Assembly: GCA_001816585.1 (NCBI GenBank)
Contig: MHCJ01000003.1
Location: forward strand, 714,681-778,680
Direction: 5' to 3'
Length of the DNA stretch: 64,000 nucleotides
Origin: Candidatus Chisholmbacteria bacterium RIFCSPHIGHO2_01_FULL_52_32
GTDB lineage: Bacteria; Patescibacteriota; Microgenomatia; UBA1400; Chisholmbacteraceae
Part shown: piece after piece, positions 25,833-34,231 of the stretch
How positions within the stretch are numbered: the stretch's first letter is position 1
Layout of the letters: each line of letters begins with the position of its first letter
Made by a program: the position numbers and the translations under genes
The notes under the pieces: generated by a model
Told to the model about the DNA's origin: nothing
Databases searched by the model: none
What the model saw: the letters and a program-made list of their open reading frames with translations, nothing else

Positions 25833-27059
25833 CTAGCGGGCGGTGGGTTGCTGGGGTTGAAGGTTTCCAATCACGCTATAGATCGGCCCGATGATTGAGA
25901 TGACCATGGCTCCGACGGCGACGCCGATGATAAGCATGAGGACCGGTTCAAGGATCGAGGTAAAGTTCTTGAGGGAAAAATCCACTTCTTGTTCGTAGAA
26001 ATCTGCCAGTTCTGACAGGACTACTTCGAGGCTTCCGCTTTTTTCTCCAGCGCGGATGGATTGGGTCATCAGGGCCGGGAAAATGCCTTCTCCGGTTGCG
26101 ATTGCATCGGAAAGCGAACTGCCCTTTTTTATTTCCTCTTCAAAAGTTTTCCCGAGCTTTACAAATTTTGTTTGTGTCAAGGCCGCAACAGACACCTTGA
26201 CGGAATCCAAGATGGGCACACCGCTTTTTAAAAGGGTACTTAAGGTACGACTGAACCGAGCCATATCGAGTTGATCGAAGAGCTTTCCTAAAACAGGAAG
26301 TTTACTGGCAATCTTCATCAAGAAAACCCTGGTTTTTGGCAGACGAACGAGAAGGATCAGTCCTACCACTGCCGTTACGGAGGCGGCGATTACCCACAGG
26401 TAGTTTTTCCCAAGAAAGCTTGAAATCGACAAGAGGATTCGCGTTGCCAGGGGGAGTTTGATATTGAGCTTGAGGAATACGGAGCTAATCCTCGGCAACA
26501 CGAACGTCACCATGAGTACCCCGACACCGATCATCGCTGAAATAATCACCGCTGGGTAAAGCAAGGCTCCTTTGACCTTCTGAGACAGTTCGTAGTTCTT
26601 CATGAGCTGGCTTGCAAGGTATTCGAAGGACTGCTCAAGCGTTCCCGATTCCTCACCGGCACGGGTTAGGGTGAGAAAGACAACGTCGAAGACTTCTGGA
26701 TAGCGGGCAAAAACCGTTGAAAGTTTCTGTCCCCTCTGGATGCTGTACTCCAAATCCTGAAGGATTCGGTGCATTTTCCTGTTTGAGGTTTCCTTGGCGA
26801 TGATATCAACCGCTTCTGAGAGGGGAAGACCGGCCTTCATCATCGTCGAAAGGTATCTGCAGAAGACCGCTTTCTCAATCACCGGGACTGCCTGCAGCCG
26901 TTCCCGAAACGACTGGGCTCGCTGAATTTCACGCACCGTTAATACTTGTATGCCTTGGTCTCTTAAGATTGCTCCGGCTTCTTTGCGGGACGGTGCTTCT
27001 ATGGCGTCCTGAAGGATTGTTCCTTGCTTGTCTTTGGCTTTATAGGAAAAGATGGCCAT
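25833..27059 (-). CDS. pilC: type IV pilus platform protein PilC (GspF family)
   Basis: 408 aa with two T2SSF repeats and three TM segments. Confidence 0.85.
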   Translation of the reverse strand: MAIFSYKAKDKQGTILQDAIEAPSRKEAGAILRDQGIQVLTVREIQRAQSFRERLQAVPVIEKAVFCRYLSTMMKAGLPLSEAVDIIAKETSNRKMHRILQDLEYSIQRGQKLSTVFARYPEVFDVVFLTLTRAGEESGTLEQSFEYLASQLMKNYELSQKVKGALLYPAVIISAMIGVGVLMVTFVLPRISSVFLKLNIKLPLATRILLSISSFLGKNYLWVIAASVTAVVGLILLVRLPKTRVFLMKIASKLPVLGKLFDQLDMARFSRTLSTLLKSGVPILDSVKVSVAALTQTKFVKLGKTFEEEIKKGSSLSDAIATGEGIFPALMTQSIRAGEKSGSLEVVLSELADFYEQEVDFSLKNFTSILEPVLMLIIGVAVGAMVISIIGPIYSVIGNLQPQQPTAR

Positions 27060-27061
27060 GG

Positions 27062-27160
27062 GAATAAAAAGTTAAAAGTTAAGAGTTAAAAGTCTAAAGT
27101 TATTAAATACGAATCAAATAGTTAAAAGTGAAAAGTGAAAAGTAAGATATCAACGTCTCC
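27062..27160 (+). repeat. A-rich octamer array (GTTAAAAGT, TAAGAGT, GTGAAAAGT units), pilB-pilC intergenic
   Basis: aaaaagttaaaagttaagagttaaaagtctaaagttattaaatacgaatcaaatagttaaaagtgaaaagtgaaaagtaag. Confidence 0.75.
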
Positions 27161-27167
27161 TTTGCGT

Positions 27168-28847
27168 TTATTCCCGCACGGCGCGCCGGATCTCTTCGAT
27201 GGTGGTAATACCGGCTGCGACTTTGTTCAGGCCATCCTGAAGCATGGTCACCATTCCTTGTTTGAGGGCTGACTGTTTGATCTCTTCTGCGGAGGGACGC
27301 TTGGTTGTTTTCTCGCGGATCTCATCATTCACCTCAAAGACCTCAAAGATGCCCACCCTCGCTTTGTATCCGGAACCACCGCATTCATCGCAGCCTTTCC
27401 CTCTGAAAAATTTCGTTTTTCTCATTGCGACTCCGAATTGTGCGACCAGAAGCTTCATTTCGGTTTCGTTTGGTTCGTACTCAGACACACATGACTGACA
27501 AATCCGGCGAACCAGGCGCTGCGCGATGATCATAATGATGGTTGATGCTACAAGGTACCCCTCAACGCCCATGTCAAGGAGACGCGGAATAGCACCCGGA
27601 GCATCGTTGGTATGCAAGGTTGAAAGCACGAGGTGACCGGTCAGGGCAGCATGGATGGCGATGTTGGCCGTTTCTTCATCACGGATCTCGCCAACCATGA
27701 TAATGTTTGGGTCGTGGCGAATGATCGACCGCAAGCCTTTCGCAAACGTCAGTCCTGCCTTCGGATTAATTTGTGTTTGATTGACACGCCGAACACTGTA
27801 TTCAACCGGATCCTCGACGGTAACGATGTTTACGGCGGTGGTGTTTAAGATCGTTAAAACACTGTAGAGCGTGGTCGTTTTTCCCGAGCCGGTGGGGCCG
27901 GTGACAAGGATCATTCCGTGCGGCTGGTGGATCGCCCGCTGCACCACCTCGAGTCCTTCCTTGGCCAGGCCGAGTTCTTCGAGGCTTAACGGCCGTTCCG
28001 TTTCCGGGAGGAGTCTTAGGACGATGTTTTCTCCGAAATACGTGGGCATGACGGAAACCCTGAGGGCAATAATTTCTTCTTGTGCCTGAAACTTGAACCG
28101 TCCATCTTGAGGAATTCGGTGCTCATCAAGCTTGAGGGAAGAGAGAATCTTGATTCTCGCGATAATTGCGGGCTGTATCTCTTTTGGCAGAATGATGATG
28201 TCGCGCAAGATGCCGTCTACGCGAAACCGTATCAGGAGCGCTTCCTGCATTGTTTCGATGTGGATGTCGGATGCCCTTTCCGCCATGGCATACTCAAGGA
28301 TCGTATTGAAGATTTTAATGACCGGGAGTTCCTCGGCTGCCCTAACGATATCCTTTCCCAGTTTTGCGGCTTTCCTGATGTTATCCTGGATGATTTTCTC
28401 GAACTCCAACTTAATGTTCTTTTTGTATTGTCCAAGAGCTCTGGTGAGATCGGCCGGAGTAATGTAATACGGGATAATCTTGAGTCCCGTTTTTCTTTTC
28501 GTGAATTCCATTGCCTCAAAGTCCGAGGGGTTTTCCATACCTAAATGGAGTTCATTCCCCTTCTTTTCAAACGGTATTATCCTGTAGGAGTGGGCGGTCT
28601 TTTCGGGAACAAGTTCCAACACTTGGGAAGGAATTACTTTGTTGTGAATGGCTAGGAAGGGAACGCTCAACTCCCGAGCAATTTGTTTCCCTAAGAGATC
28701 CTCGGTGATCAGACCACGAAAAATAAGGATGTCAATGACATCCTTATCAAAATCTTTTGCGTCCTTCTCTGCGGCCGTGAATTCTTGATCAGTGACAAAA
28801 CCTGAATCTACGAGGATTTTCTTTAAAGTAGCTTGGTTAAGCTCCAT
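27168..28847 (-). CDS. pilB: type IV pilus assembly ATPase PilB (GspE family)
   Basis: Walker A GPTGSGKTTTLYS, Asp/His boxes, a C-terminal tetracysteine and N-terminal T2SSE_N repeats, 559 aa. Confidence 0.9.
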   Translation of the reverse strand: MELNQATLKKILVDSGFVTDQEFTAAEKDAKDFDKDVIDILIFRGLITEDLLGKQIARELSVPFLAIHNKVIPSQVLELVPEKTAHSYRIIPFEKKGNELHLGMENPSDFEAMEFTKRKTGLKIIPYYITPADLTRALGQYKKNIKLEFEKIIQDNIRKAAKLGKDIVRAAEELPVIKIFNTILEYAMAERASDIHIETMQEALLIRFRVDGILRDIIILPKEIQPAIIARIKILSSLKLDEHRIPQDGRFKFQAQEEIIALRVSVMPTYFGENIVLRLLPETERPLSLEELGLAKEGLEVVQRAIHQPHGMILVTGPTGSGKTTTLYSVLTILNTTAVNIVTVEDPVEYSVRRVNQTQINPKAGLTFAKGLRSIIRHDPNIIMVGEIRDEETANIAIHAALTGHLVLSTLHTNDAPGAIPRLLDMGVEGYLVASTIIMIIAQRLVRRICQSCVSEYEPNETEMKLLVAQFGVAMRKTKFFRGKGCDECGGSGYKARVGIFEVFEVNDEIREKTTKRPSAEEIKQSALKQGMVTMLQDGLNKVAAGITTIEEIRRAVRE

Positions 28848-28883
28848 TTGAGCAGGTTTCCCGGAAGGCAGGACTTAAGCACC

Positions 28884-29291
28884 TTATCCCTTGTGTTGAT
28901 CTTTAAGATACCCTTGGATGCGCTGCACGAGCTGGTCCGGAACAACCGTGCTTTTTATGATTGCTCCGGCTGCACCGAGTGCCTTGCACTTTTCTATAAC
29001 CTCCACTTGATCCGAATTGGTTAGCATGACAATGGGGCCATTCGCTTTTTGAGGAGGATTTTCTTTCAGCTCTTTCAGGATCTGTGTTCCTTCCAATCCC
29101 GGGAGAAGGAAATCTAAAAGCACAAGATCATATCCTCCTTGTTTGGCTTTTTCCAATCCTTCTTTGCCTTCGACCGCCTGGTCAACTTGTAATCCTTCCC
29201 GCTCAAGTACATCTACGTAAAGCGCGCGAAGGGTGCCGTCATCATCCACGAGCAGCACTTTTCCCTTTCCCTTTGGCATAGCAAGATTCAT
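28884..29291 (-). CDS. single-domain response regulator (CheY-like receiver), first gene of the pil operon
   Basis: VLLVDDD...DLVLLDFLLPGLEG...KSTV are receiver motifs. The likely start is MNLAMPKG, with a TATACA -10 abutting the ATG. Confidence 0.75.
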   Translation of the reverse strand: MNLAMPKGKGKVLLVDDDGTLRALYVDVLEREGLQVDQAVEGKEGLEKAKQGGYDLVLLDFLLPGLEGTQILKELKENPPQKANGPIVMLTNSDQVEVIEKCKALGAAGAIIKSTVVPDQLVQRIQGYLKDQHKG

Positions 29292-29306
29292 TGTATACCC
29301 CTTTTG

Positions 29307-29360
29307 CACCAGATTTCAAACTTTTTAGGCCTATCCGGCCAGATTTTGAATCTGGTGCAT
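29307..29360. promoter_or_regulatory. 13-bp inverted repeat (CACCAGATTtCAAA ... TTTTGAATCTGGTG) with internal GGCC-tatcc-GGCC palindrome, overlapping the -35 of the pil operon promoter
   Basis: caccagatttcaaactttttaggcctatccggccagattttgaatctggtg was read directly. On the minus strand, TTGAAA-16-TATACA followed by ATG lies within or adjacent to it. Confidence 0.5.
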
Positions 29361-29555
29361 CGTGGTATTTCACATTATCCGCTTTTTATATTTTAGATAA
29401 GAGGAGTTTATATGATGGGATCCAATTTTCAAGCAAGGTGAGCACTGGCAAGAAGGAAAGTACAGCCAGACAGGCCATGAAATCTTCAGGCTTCACGCGA
29501 GGAGAAATTCTTCAAAAGCCCCTGCTCCAAGCCCAGCATGGATGCCTGGAGCGTG

Positions 29556-30305
29556 TTACTCAATATCCTTGCGGAAGCGTTCGTACCAATCCGTCAGGAA
29601 ACGCGAAACAAGGTCTTTTGCCCCAAGTCCTAATGCAAGACCAAAGCCTAAAGCAAGCATGGCGATTACCCCTGTAAAGATCGTGTTGATGAACGCTTGG
29701 GCAATCTTTAACTCCGAAATTGCGGCGAGTGCCGTAAACACCACAATTGTGTAGCTGGCTATCTTCCCAAGCAGTCTGCCCGCTTTGACGTCAACGCTTC
29801 CGACTGCCCCTTTCACCAGGCTTTCAACAACTCCTGAAATCAGCACCCCGATTGTCAGAATGAGTGCTGCTGAAATGACATTGGGGATATACCCTAAAAT
29901 GCTTTCCAAAACTTGAGAAACGGTGGAAAGTCCAAGAATATTGACCGAAGCGATGAAAAAGACCAAGATGATCAACCATTTGATAATGGCTCCGATCGTT
30001 TCCTCGATCCTCACCGTAATGTCTGCTTTTTTGAGAAATTGTTGGATCCCCGTGTCTTTGATGAGGTTTGACAGCCTGAGCGAATCAAGGATTTTGATTA
30101 TTATCGCCCTTGCCCATCCGGCCACAATCCACCCTACAAGAAAAACGGCAATTGCGGCGATGAGGTTCGGGAAAAACGATAACAGCCTTGTCGTTACATC
30201 CGTCCAGGCTGCAACCAGGGTTCCGCTATAGGTTTGGTTTACGCTCGTTGGCATGTTGTGTTTTTCACCTCCGTCTCTTTGGGCGCGGTGTTCATCATAA
30301 GCCAA
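29556..30305 (-). CDS. membrane protein with conserved TM-helix repeats (MscS-associated TM_helix type)
   Basis: 249 aa with repeated amphipathic/TM segments (LIAAIAVFLVGWIVAGWARAII ... IKWLIILVFFIASVNILGLS ...). Confidence 0.4.
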   Translation of the reverse strand: MAYDEHRAQRDGGEKHNMPTSVNQTYSGTLVAAWTDVTTRLLSFFPNLIAAIAVFLVGWIVAGWARAIIIKILDSLRLSNLIKDTGIQQFLKKADITVRIEETIGAIIKWLIILVFFIASVNILGLSTVSQVLESILGYIPNVISAALILTIGVLISGVVESLVKGAVGSVDVKAGRLLGKIASYTIVVFTALAAISELKIAQAFINTIFTGVIAMLALGFGLALGLGAKDLVSRFLTDWYERFRKDIE

Positions 30306-30568
30306 TCGATCATCTCAGGGATCTTGTTTTTACGACTTGATCTCTATTATCGGATCATCTGAATGATTTGTCAATGAATTTTGCTTTATTCCATAGGTAT
30401 TTTATAATATCCACAGTGAACATCGGCGTACACGGTCATAATGACCTCGGCTGCTTTGCGTGGAAATGATGTTACGGATGAACAAGTTTTTAGTATTCCT
30501 GAACGGGCTAAGGAATTTCAGCCTACACTCACTGATCTTGTAATTCTTTAACTTATTGAATAGGTACT

Positions 30569-31519
30569 ATGGGAGAAAAGCCATCTCATTCATCTGAACA
30601 GTTCCCAGAAACGGATCACGAAATTTTATTCGAAGAAGTTCGTCCTCCTTTGTCATTTCATATGGCAAACCCCGCGCACCGTGAAGAAGTGGCCTTTCGT
30701 GTTGCTCAAGGAGAACCGATAGGAATCTTTGTGGTTCAGTATGGGGTCGTCTTCTCCGCAGAAGATGAGGCCACGACCAACAAGCTTCTTACCCAAGTTA
30801 AGGGTCCTCATCGCACCTCCCCCATTCCGATTTGGATCCAACATCCACGAGAAATCGTTGCTGCGGATATCGTGGATTTTACGAGAATTCATCCCGATTT
30901 ACACTATCTTTTTCAGGATCCATCCGAACTTGCCGATAGAACACAAGGTCTCTGCATGGTTAAATTTCCTATCAAGCCAGACTCAGCGCTTAACGGGACT
31001 CCACTCCATTCCCTCGTTTCCGACGAAGACGAAACTGGCAAATGGCTTCTTTTTTTCCATGCGGGACGGGCTTTCCCTCATGCCCAGAAATTCATTGAGA
31101 GGATCTATGATGGCGGAATTCAACTGGTTGGGATAAGCTCCCTCAATGTGCATGGAGGAGTATCGCCCACATCCCTTGAAGAGGCCATAGCGTTCTGTGA
31201 AGTGAGGAATGTTTCTTCTTTTATTGTTGATCGTGGTTCCCGGTTCACCGAAAGAAGGGGTTCCTATCCCATCATTCAAATAACGCATGAGGGGGCTATG
31301 CTTCGGCGTCTTGGAAATGTGCCGGTTCGATATCTTGAGGCGGCGGGGTGGAGGATAACCGGTGATGATAGTGCCGTTCCTCAGCCAACTATTCCTCCTT
31401 CCGAAAGGAGAGACTTTGAAACCGAGATGCGCACCTTCTCACTGATCTGGGAAGAATTCCCTGAGCTTTCAAACCTCATTATCCAGACCGACCACTCCTC
31501 TTCCCAACTGAAGAAATGA
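30569..31519 (+). CDS. hypothetical protein with weak YrdC/Sua5-like features
   Basis: 316 aa. GIFVVQYGVVFSAEDEATTNKLLTQVKGPHRTSPIPIWI and GISSLNVHGGVSPTSLEEAI loosely parallel the YrdC motifs (KxR..P, STSANxSG). The assignment is tentative. Confidence 0.25.
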   Translation: MGEKPSHSSEQFPETDHEILFEEVRPPLSFHMANPAHREEVAFRVAQGEPIGIFVVQYGVVFSAEDEATTNKLLTQVKGPHRTSPIPIWIQHPREIVAADIVDFTRIHPDLHYLFQDPSELADRTQGLCMVKFPIKPDSALNGTPLHSLVSDEDETGKWLLFFHAGRAFPHAQKFIERIYDGGIQLVGISSLNVHGGVSPTSLEEAIAFCEVRNVSSFIVDRGSRFTERRGSYPIIQITHEGAMLRRLGNVPVRYLEAAGWRITGDDSAVPQPTIPPSERRDFETEMRTFSLIWEEFPELSNLIIQTDHSSSQLKK

Positions 31520-31561
31520 TGTTTATTACCTTAAGAAAAAAAGCGGGACTTTTCTTTCCTT

Positions 31562-31966
31562 CTATTCACTCAAAACAGCTGCCGCCGCTTTTGCGCATTC
31601 CACATCTTGAGAAATATCTGGAGAGCCTCCGACACCAATTGCTCCGATCAGGGTTTTCCCTTGTAAAATTGGTATACCTCCGGCCATAGTCGTTAATTCT
31701 CCACCAAATAGTGTGTTAATCCCAAAGTACGGCATTCCTTCTTTTGCGAACTGCGCTAATCCTTCGCTTGGTACTGCAAGGGCGGCTGATGTCCATGCTT
31801 TTGTCTGGGCAATCCGAGGGCTTATGGGTAGTGCTCCATCCATTCGACTCGCAGCGATGGTTGATCCGTGGTTGTCCACGATAACCGTACTGACTGCGAT
31901 TCCTAGGGATTCTGCTTTCTTCTCGGATGACTGAAGGGCCTTTTTTGCCTGGCTTAACGTCATCAT
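31562..31966 (-). CDS. GlcG/HbpS-family (DUF336) heme-binding-like protein
   Basis: TIAASRMDGALPISPRIAQTKAWTSAA...GGIPI..GKTLIGAIGVGGSPDISQDVECA is typical of DUF336. Confidence 0.65.
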   Translation of the reverse strand: MMTLSQAKKALQSSEKKAESLGIAVSTVIVDNHGSTIAASRMDGALPISPRIAQTKAWTSAALAVPSEGLAQFAKEGMPYFGINTLFGGELTTMAGGIPILQGKTLIGAIGVGGSPDISQDVECAKAAAAVLSE

Positions 31967-32093
31967 GTCTTCACCTCCTTTCAATTCCAGTTTTCATGTT
32001 ATTCTCGGTTTCATACTGATCTTCTGTCTCATCCATCATTCCATAAACTGGTATGCTACTTTTCCCTCGTTTCGGACGCCCTCTCTTTTCACC

Positions 32094-34025
32094 TTAAGCG
32101 ATCAAAGTTGCCAGATGCTTTCCTTGGACAATATATTGTTTATTGTCGTACAAGTCTTCAAGTGTCGGTATCCTGCCCAATTTTGCGGTTAGCGCAGCAA
32201 CTGGGGCGGAGGAAAGATATACTTCTGCTTCCCGATCACCCATTCTTCCTGGGTAATTCCGGTTGTTTGTCGATAATACCCTCTCACCTTTATTCACCCT
32301 TGCTCCTAAACCAAGACAAGGGCCGCATGATCGCTCTCTGGCGATTCTTGCCCCTGATCTAGTTAAAGAGGATAAGATGCCGATTCCTTGAGCATGTTTC
32401 CTGGTGAGGGGATCAGCCAAATGAATATCTATCGGAATTCGGGTCCGTTCTCCCTGCAGAACGCTCGCGAGGATTGCAATATCCTGAAGCGTTGAACCTG
32501 CGCAGGAATTGAATATCAACCGATCAAACGTCATCTGATCGCGCAATTCTGCAAGAGGAGTGACCTCCTTGTGTGAATGTGGCCCAACAACGGCAGGTTC
32601 GGTCTCTGCAAGATTCACACGGATCTTGGCGGCATACTCGGCTCCTGGATCCGGCTGCAGATGTTCAAAGATACGCCCAATTTCTTGGTCAGAAATATCT
32701 TCAAGATTTTTCCCGTAGGCTCTTAAGTAATCTATGACTTGTGGATTTGGCGTTGTGCCGATAGATCCTATTCCACCATACTCCGTGACGGCATTAAAAT
32801 GTTTGGCGGCTTCACTGTAGGGTAAACGCGCAAATCCCTCTCCCCCAATCTCAAACATCATTCCATTTCCCATTGACCCACGAAAGTACCGATGAACTAA
32901 TTGCCAAATTGTGTCCTTCGTGTCACAGATCTCTGGTAAATCTCCGATAAACTCGAGTTTGATCGTTGGTGGTAGCGTGTATGGAATTAAGCCTTCATTG
33001 GCAATGGCACAAGCTGCTGCGGTATATCCGATAGGAATAACCAATGCGCCTGGGATAATTCCCAACTCTGGCGAATGCGAATCCATTCCTACAATCACCG
33101 ATCCTACCGGCAACCTTAGGGGAAGGACTTTGTTGTAGATCCCATCATCCCCTCTAAAGGCTTCTGAGTATTTTTCCCAATACCGTTTGACGGTTTCGAT
33201 AGCCCTAATGGCATTTGGGTCGTCCGAACCGCTGAAATGGTCTGCGAACAGCCAGAAATGATTTGTAGGGAAAGAGATCTTTCCATTGAAGTATCTGTTG
33301 AGTACCCTTTCCATGTGGGCTATAAAAACGTCATATCCGACTAACTCTTGGGTTTGTATAACCATCGAGTCGCCAGCCCTATATCGGTCTTCCCCAGAAG
33401 CTCTTTTGACTTTTCCTGCTACCGTCCCACCAATTACGGAGCACACTTTTTCCACCGCAGTTTGAGGAAATGGTGCACGCTCTGGAATTTCATCTTGAGG
33501 AAATGCTTCTTCACTTTCGTAAATTGCTCGTATGTATCTCGGCAATCCTCCGTAGTGAAGAATTCTCCTCTGAACAAAAGATAGCCCTCTTGTGAATTCT
33601 TCAAGCTGTGGTTCCTTTCCTTCCATAATTTTCTGAAGAAGAAAAAAATCCGTAGAAGGAACTACACCCTGATTAATCAAATTTTCAAAGAATATCGGTC
33701 CAAAAGACTCTGCAAATACTGCGCCGAACCCGTTTAATCGAACCGCTTCTGCTGCGTTTTCTCTTGAGGAACCGATCCCGAAGTTGCGGCCTCCCACTAA
33801 AATTCGGGACCGATCTTCTTGCCGATTACCATAATCCCAATTTGGGAAAATCCTCAGGAGTGCCTGCCGTAATCCTTCCTCCTCCAGAATTAAAGCATCT
33901 TTCCCCGTAATAAGGTGGTCGGTTGTGATGTCCGGGAGAAGATCTTCTGGGAGCCTATTGCCGCCTCTTCTCTCTGGGTGTTCAATTGCTGATTTGGATA
34001 AAAAAACGATTCCTTCAGGACTCAT
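32094..34025 (-). CDS. aconitase-family dehydratase with circularly permuted domain order (LeuD-like swivel domain at the N-terminus, LeuC-like catalytic domains after)
   Basis: The N-terminus has GGRNFGIGSSRENAAEAV...SFGPIFFENLINQGVVP (small-subunit motif). Then come GMDSHS, NSCAGSTLQDIAIL, SCGPCLGLG and STNNRNYPGRMG, the large-subunit Fe-S ligand motifs. 643 aa. Confidence 0.7.
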   Translation of the reverse strand: MSPEGIVFLSKSAIEHPERRGGNRLPEDLLPDITTDHLITGKDALILEEEGLRQALLRIFPNWDYGNRQEDRSRILVGGRNFGIGSSRENAAEAVRLNGFGAVFAESFGPIFFENLINQGVVPSTDFFLLQKIMEGKEPQLEEFTRGLSFVQRRILHYGGLPRYIRAIYESEEAFPQDEIPERAPFPQTAVEKVCSVIGGTVAGKVKRASGEDRYRAGDSMVIQTQELVGYDVFIAHMERVLNRYFNGKISFPTNHFWLFADHFSGSDDPNAIRAIETVKRYWEKYSEAFRGDDGIYNKVLPLRLPVGSVIVGMDSHSPELGIIPGALVIPIGYTAAACAIANEGLIPYTLPPTIKLEFIGDLPEICDTKDTIWQLVHRYFRGSMGNGMMFEIGGEGFARLPYSEAAKHFNAVTEYGGIGSIGTTPNPQVIDYLRAYGKNLEDISDQEIGRIFEHLQPDPGAEYAAKIRVNLAETEPAVVGPHSHKEVTPLAELRDQMTFDRLIFNSCAGSTLQDIAILASVLQGERTRIPIDIHLADPLTRKHAQGIGILSSLTRSGARIARERSCGPCLGLGARVNKGERVLSTNNRNYPGRMGDREAEVYLSSAPVAALTAKLGRIPTLEDLYDNKQYIVQGKHLATLIA

Positions 34026-34231
34026 CGTTCTGTGTCTATTGCTGACATTCTGCCTACCTCTCTCTCTTCCCTTCTACGTTTCATTCTCTGGGCTTGATCG
34101 CTTTTTTCCAATCTTGTATAACTTAGATAGTTTTATTCCAGATACATGATTATTCTTCCTTGAAGAATTATATCAGGCCTGAATTCTGTCACCAATCGGA
34201 TGCCTGTCATGTTGTTTAAGAGCATTCCTTT

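Noticed and set aside
29291-29677. Plus-strand 128-aa ORF covering the pil-operon promoter region
   Set aside because: It overlaps the palindromic operator and promoter and has no homology-like features, so it is probably spurious.
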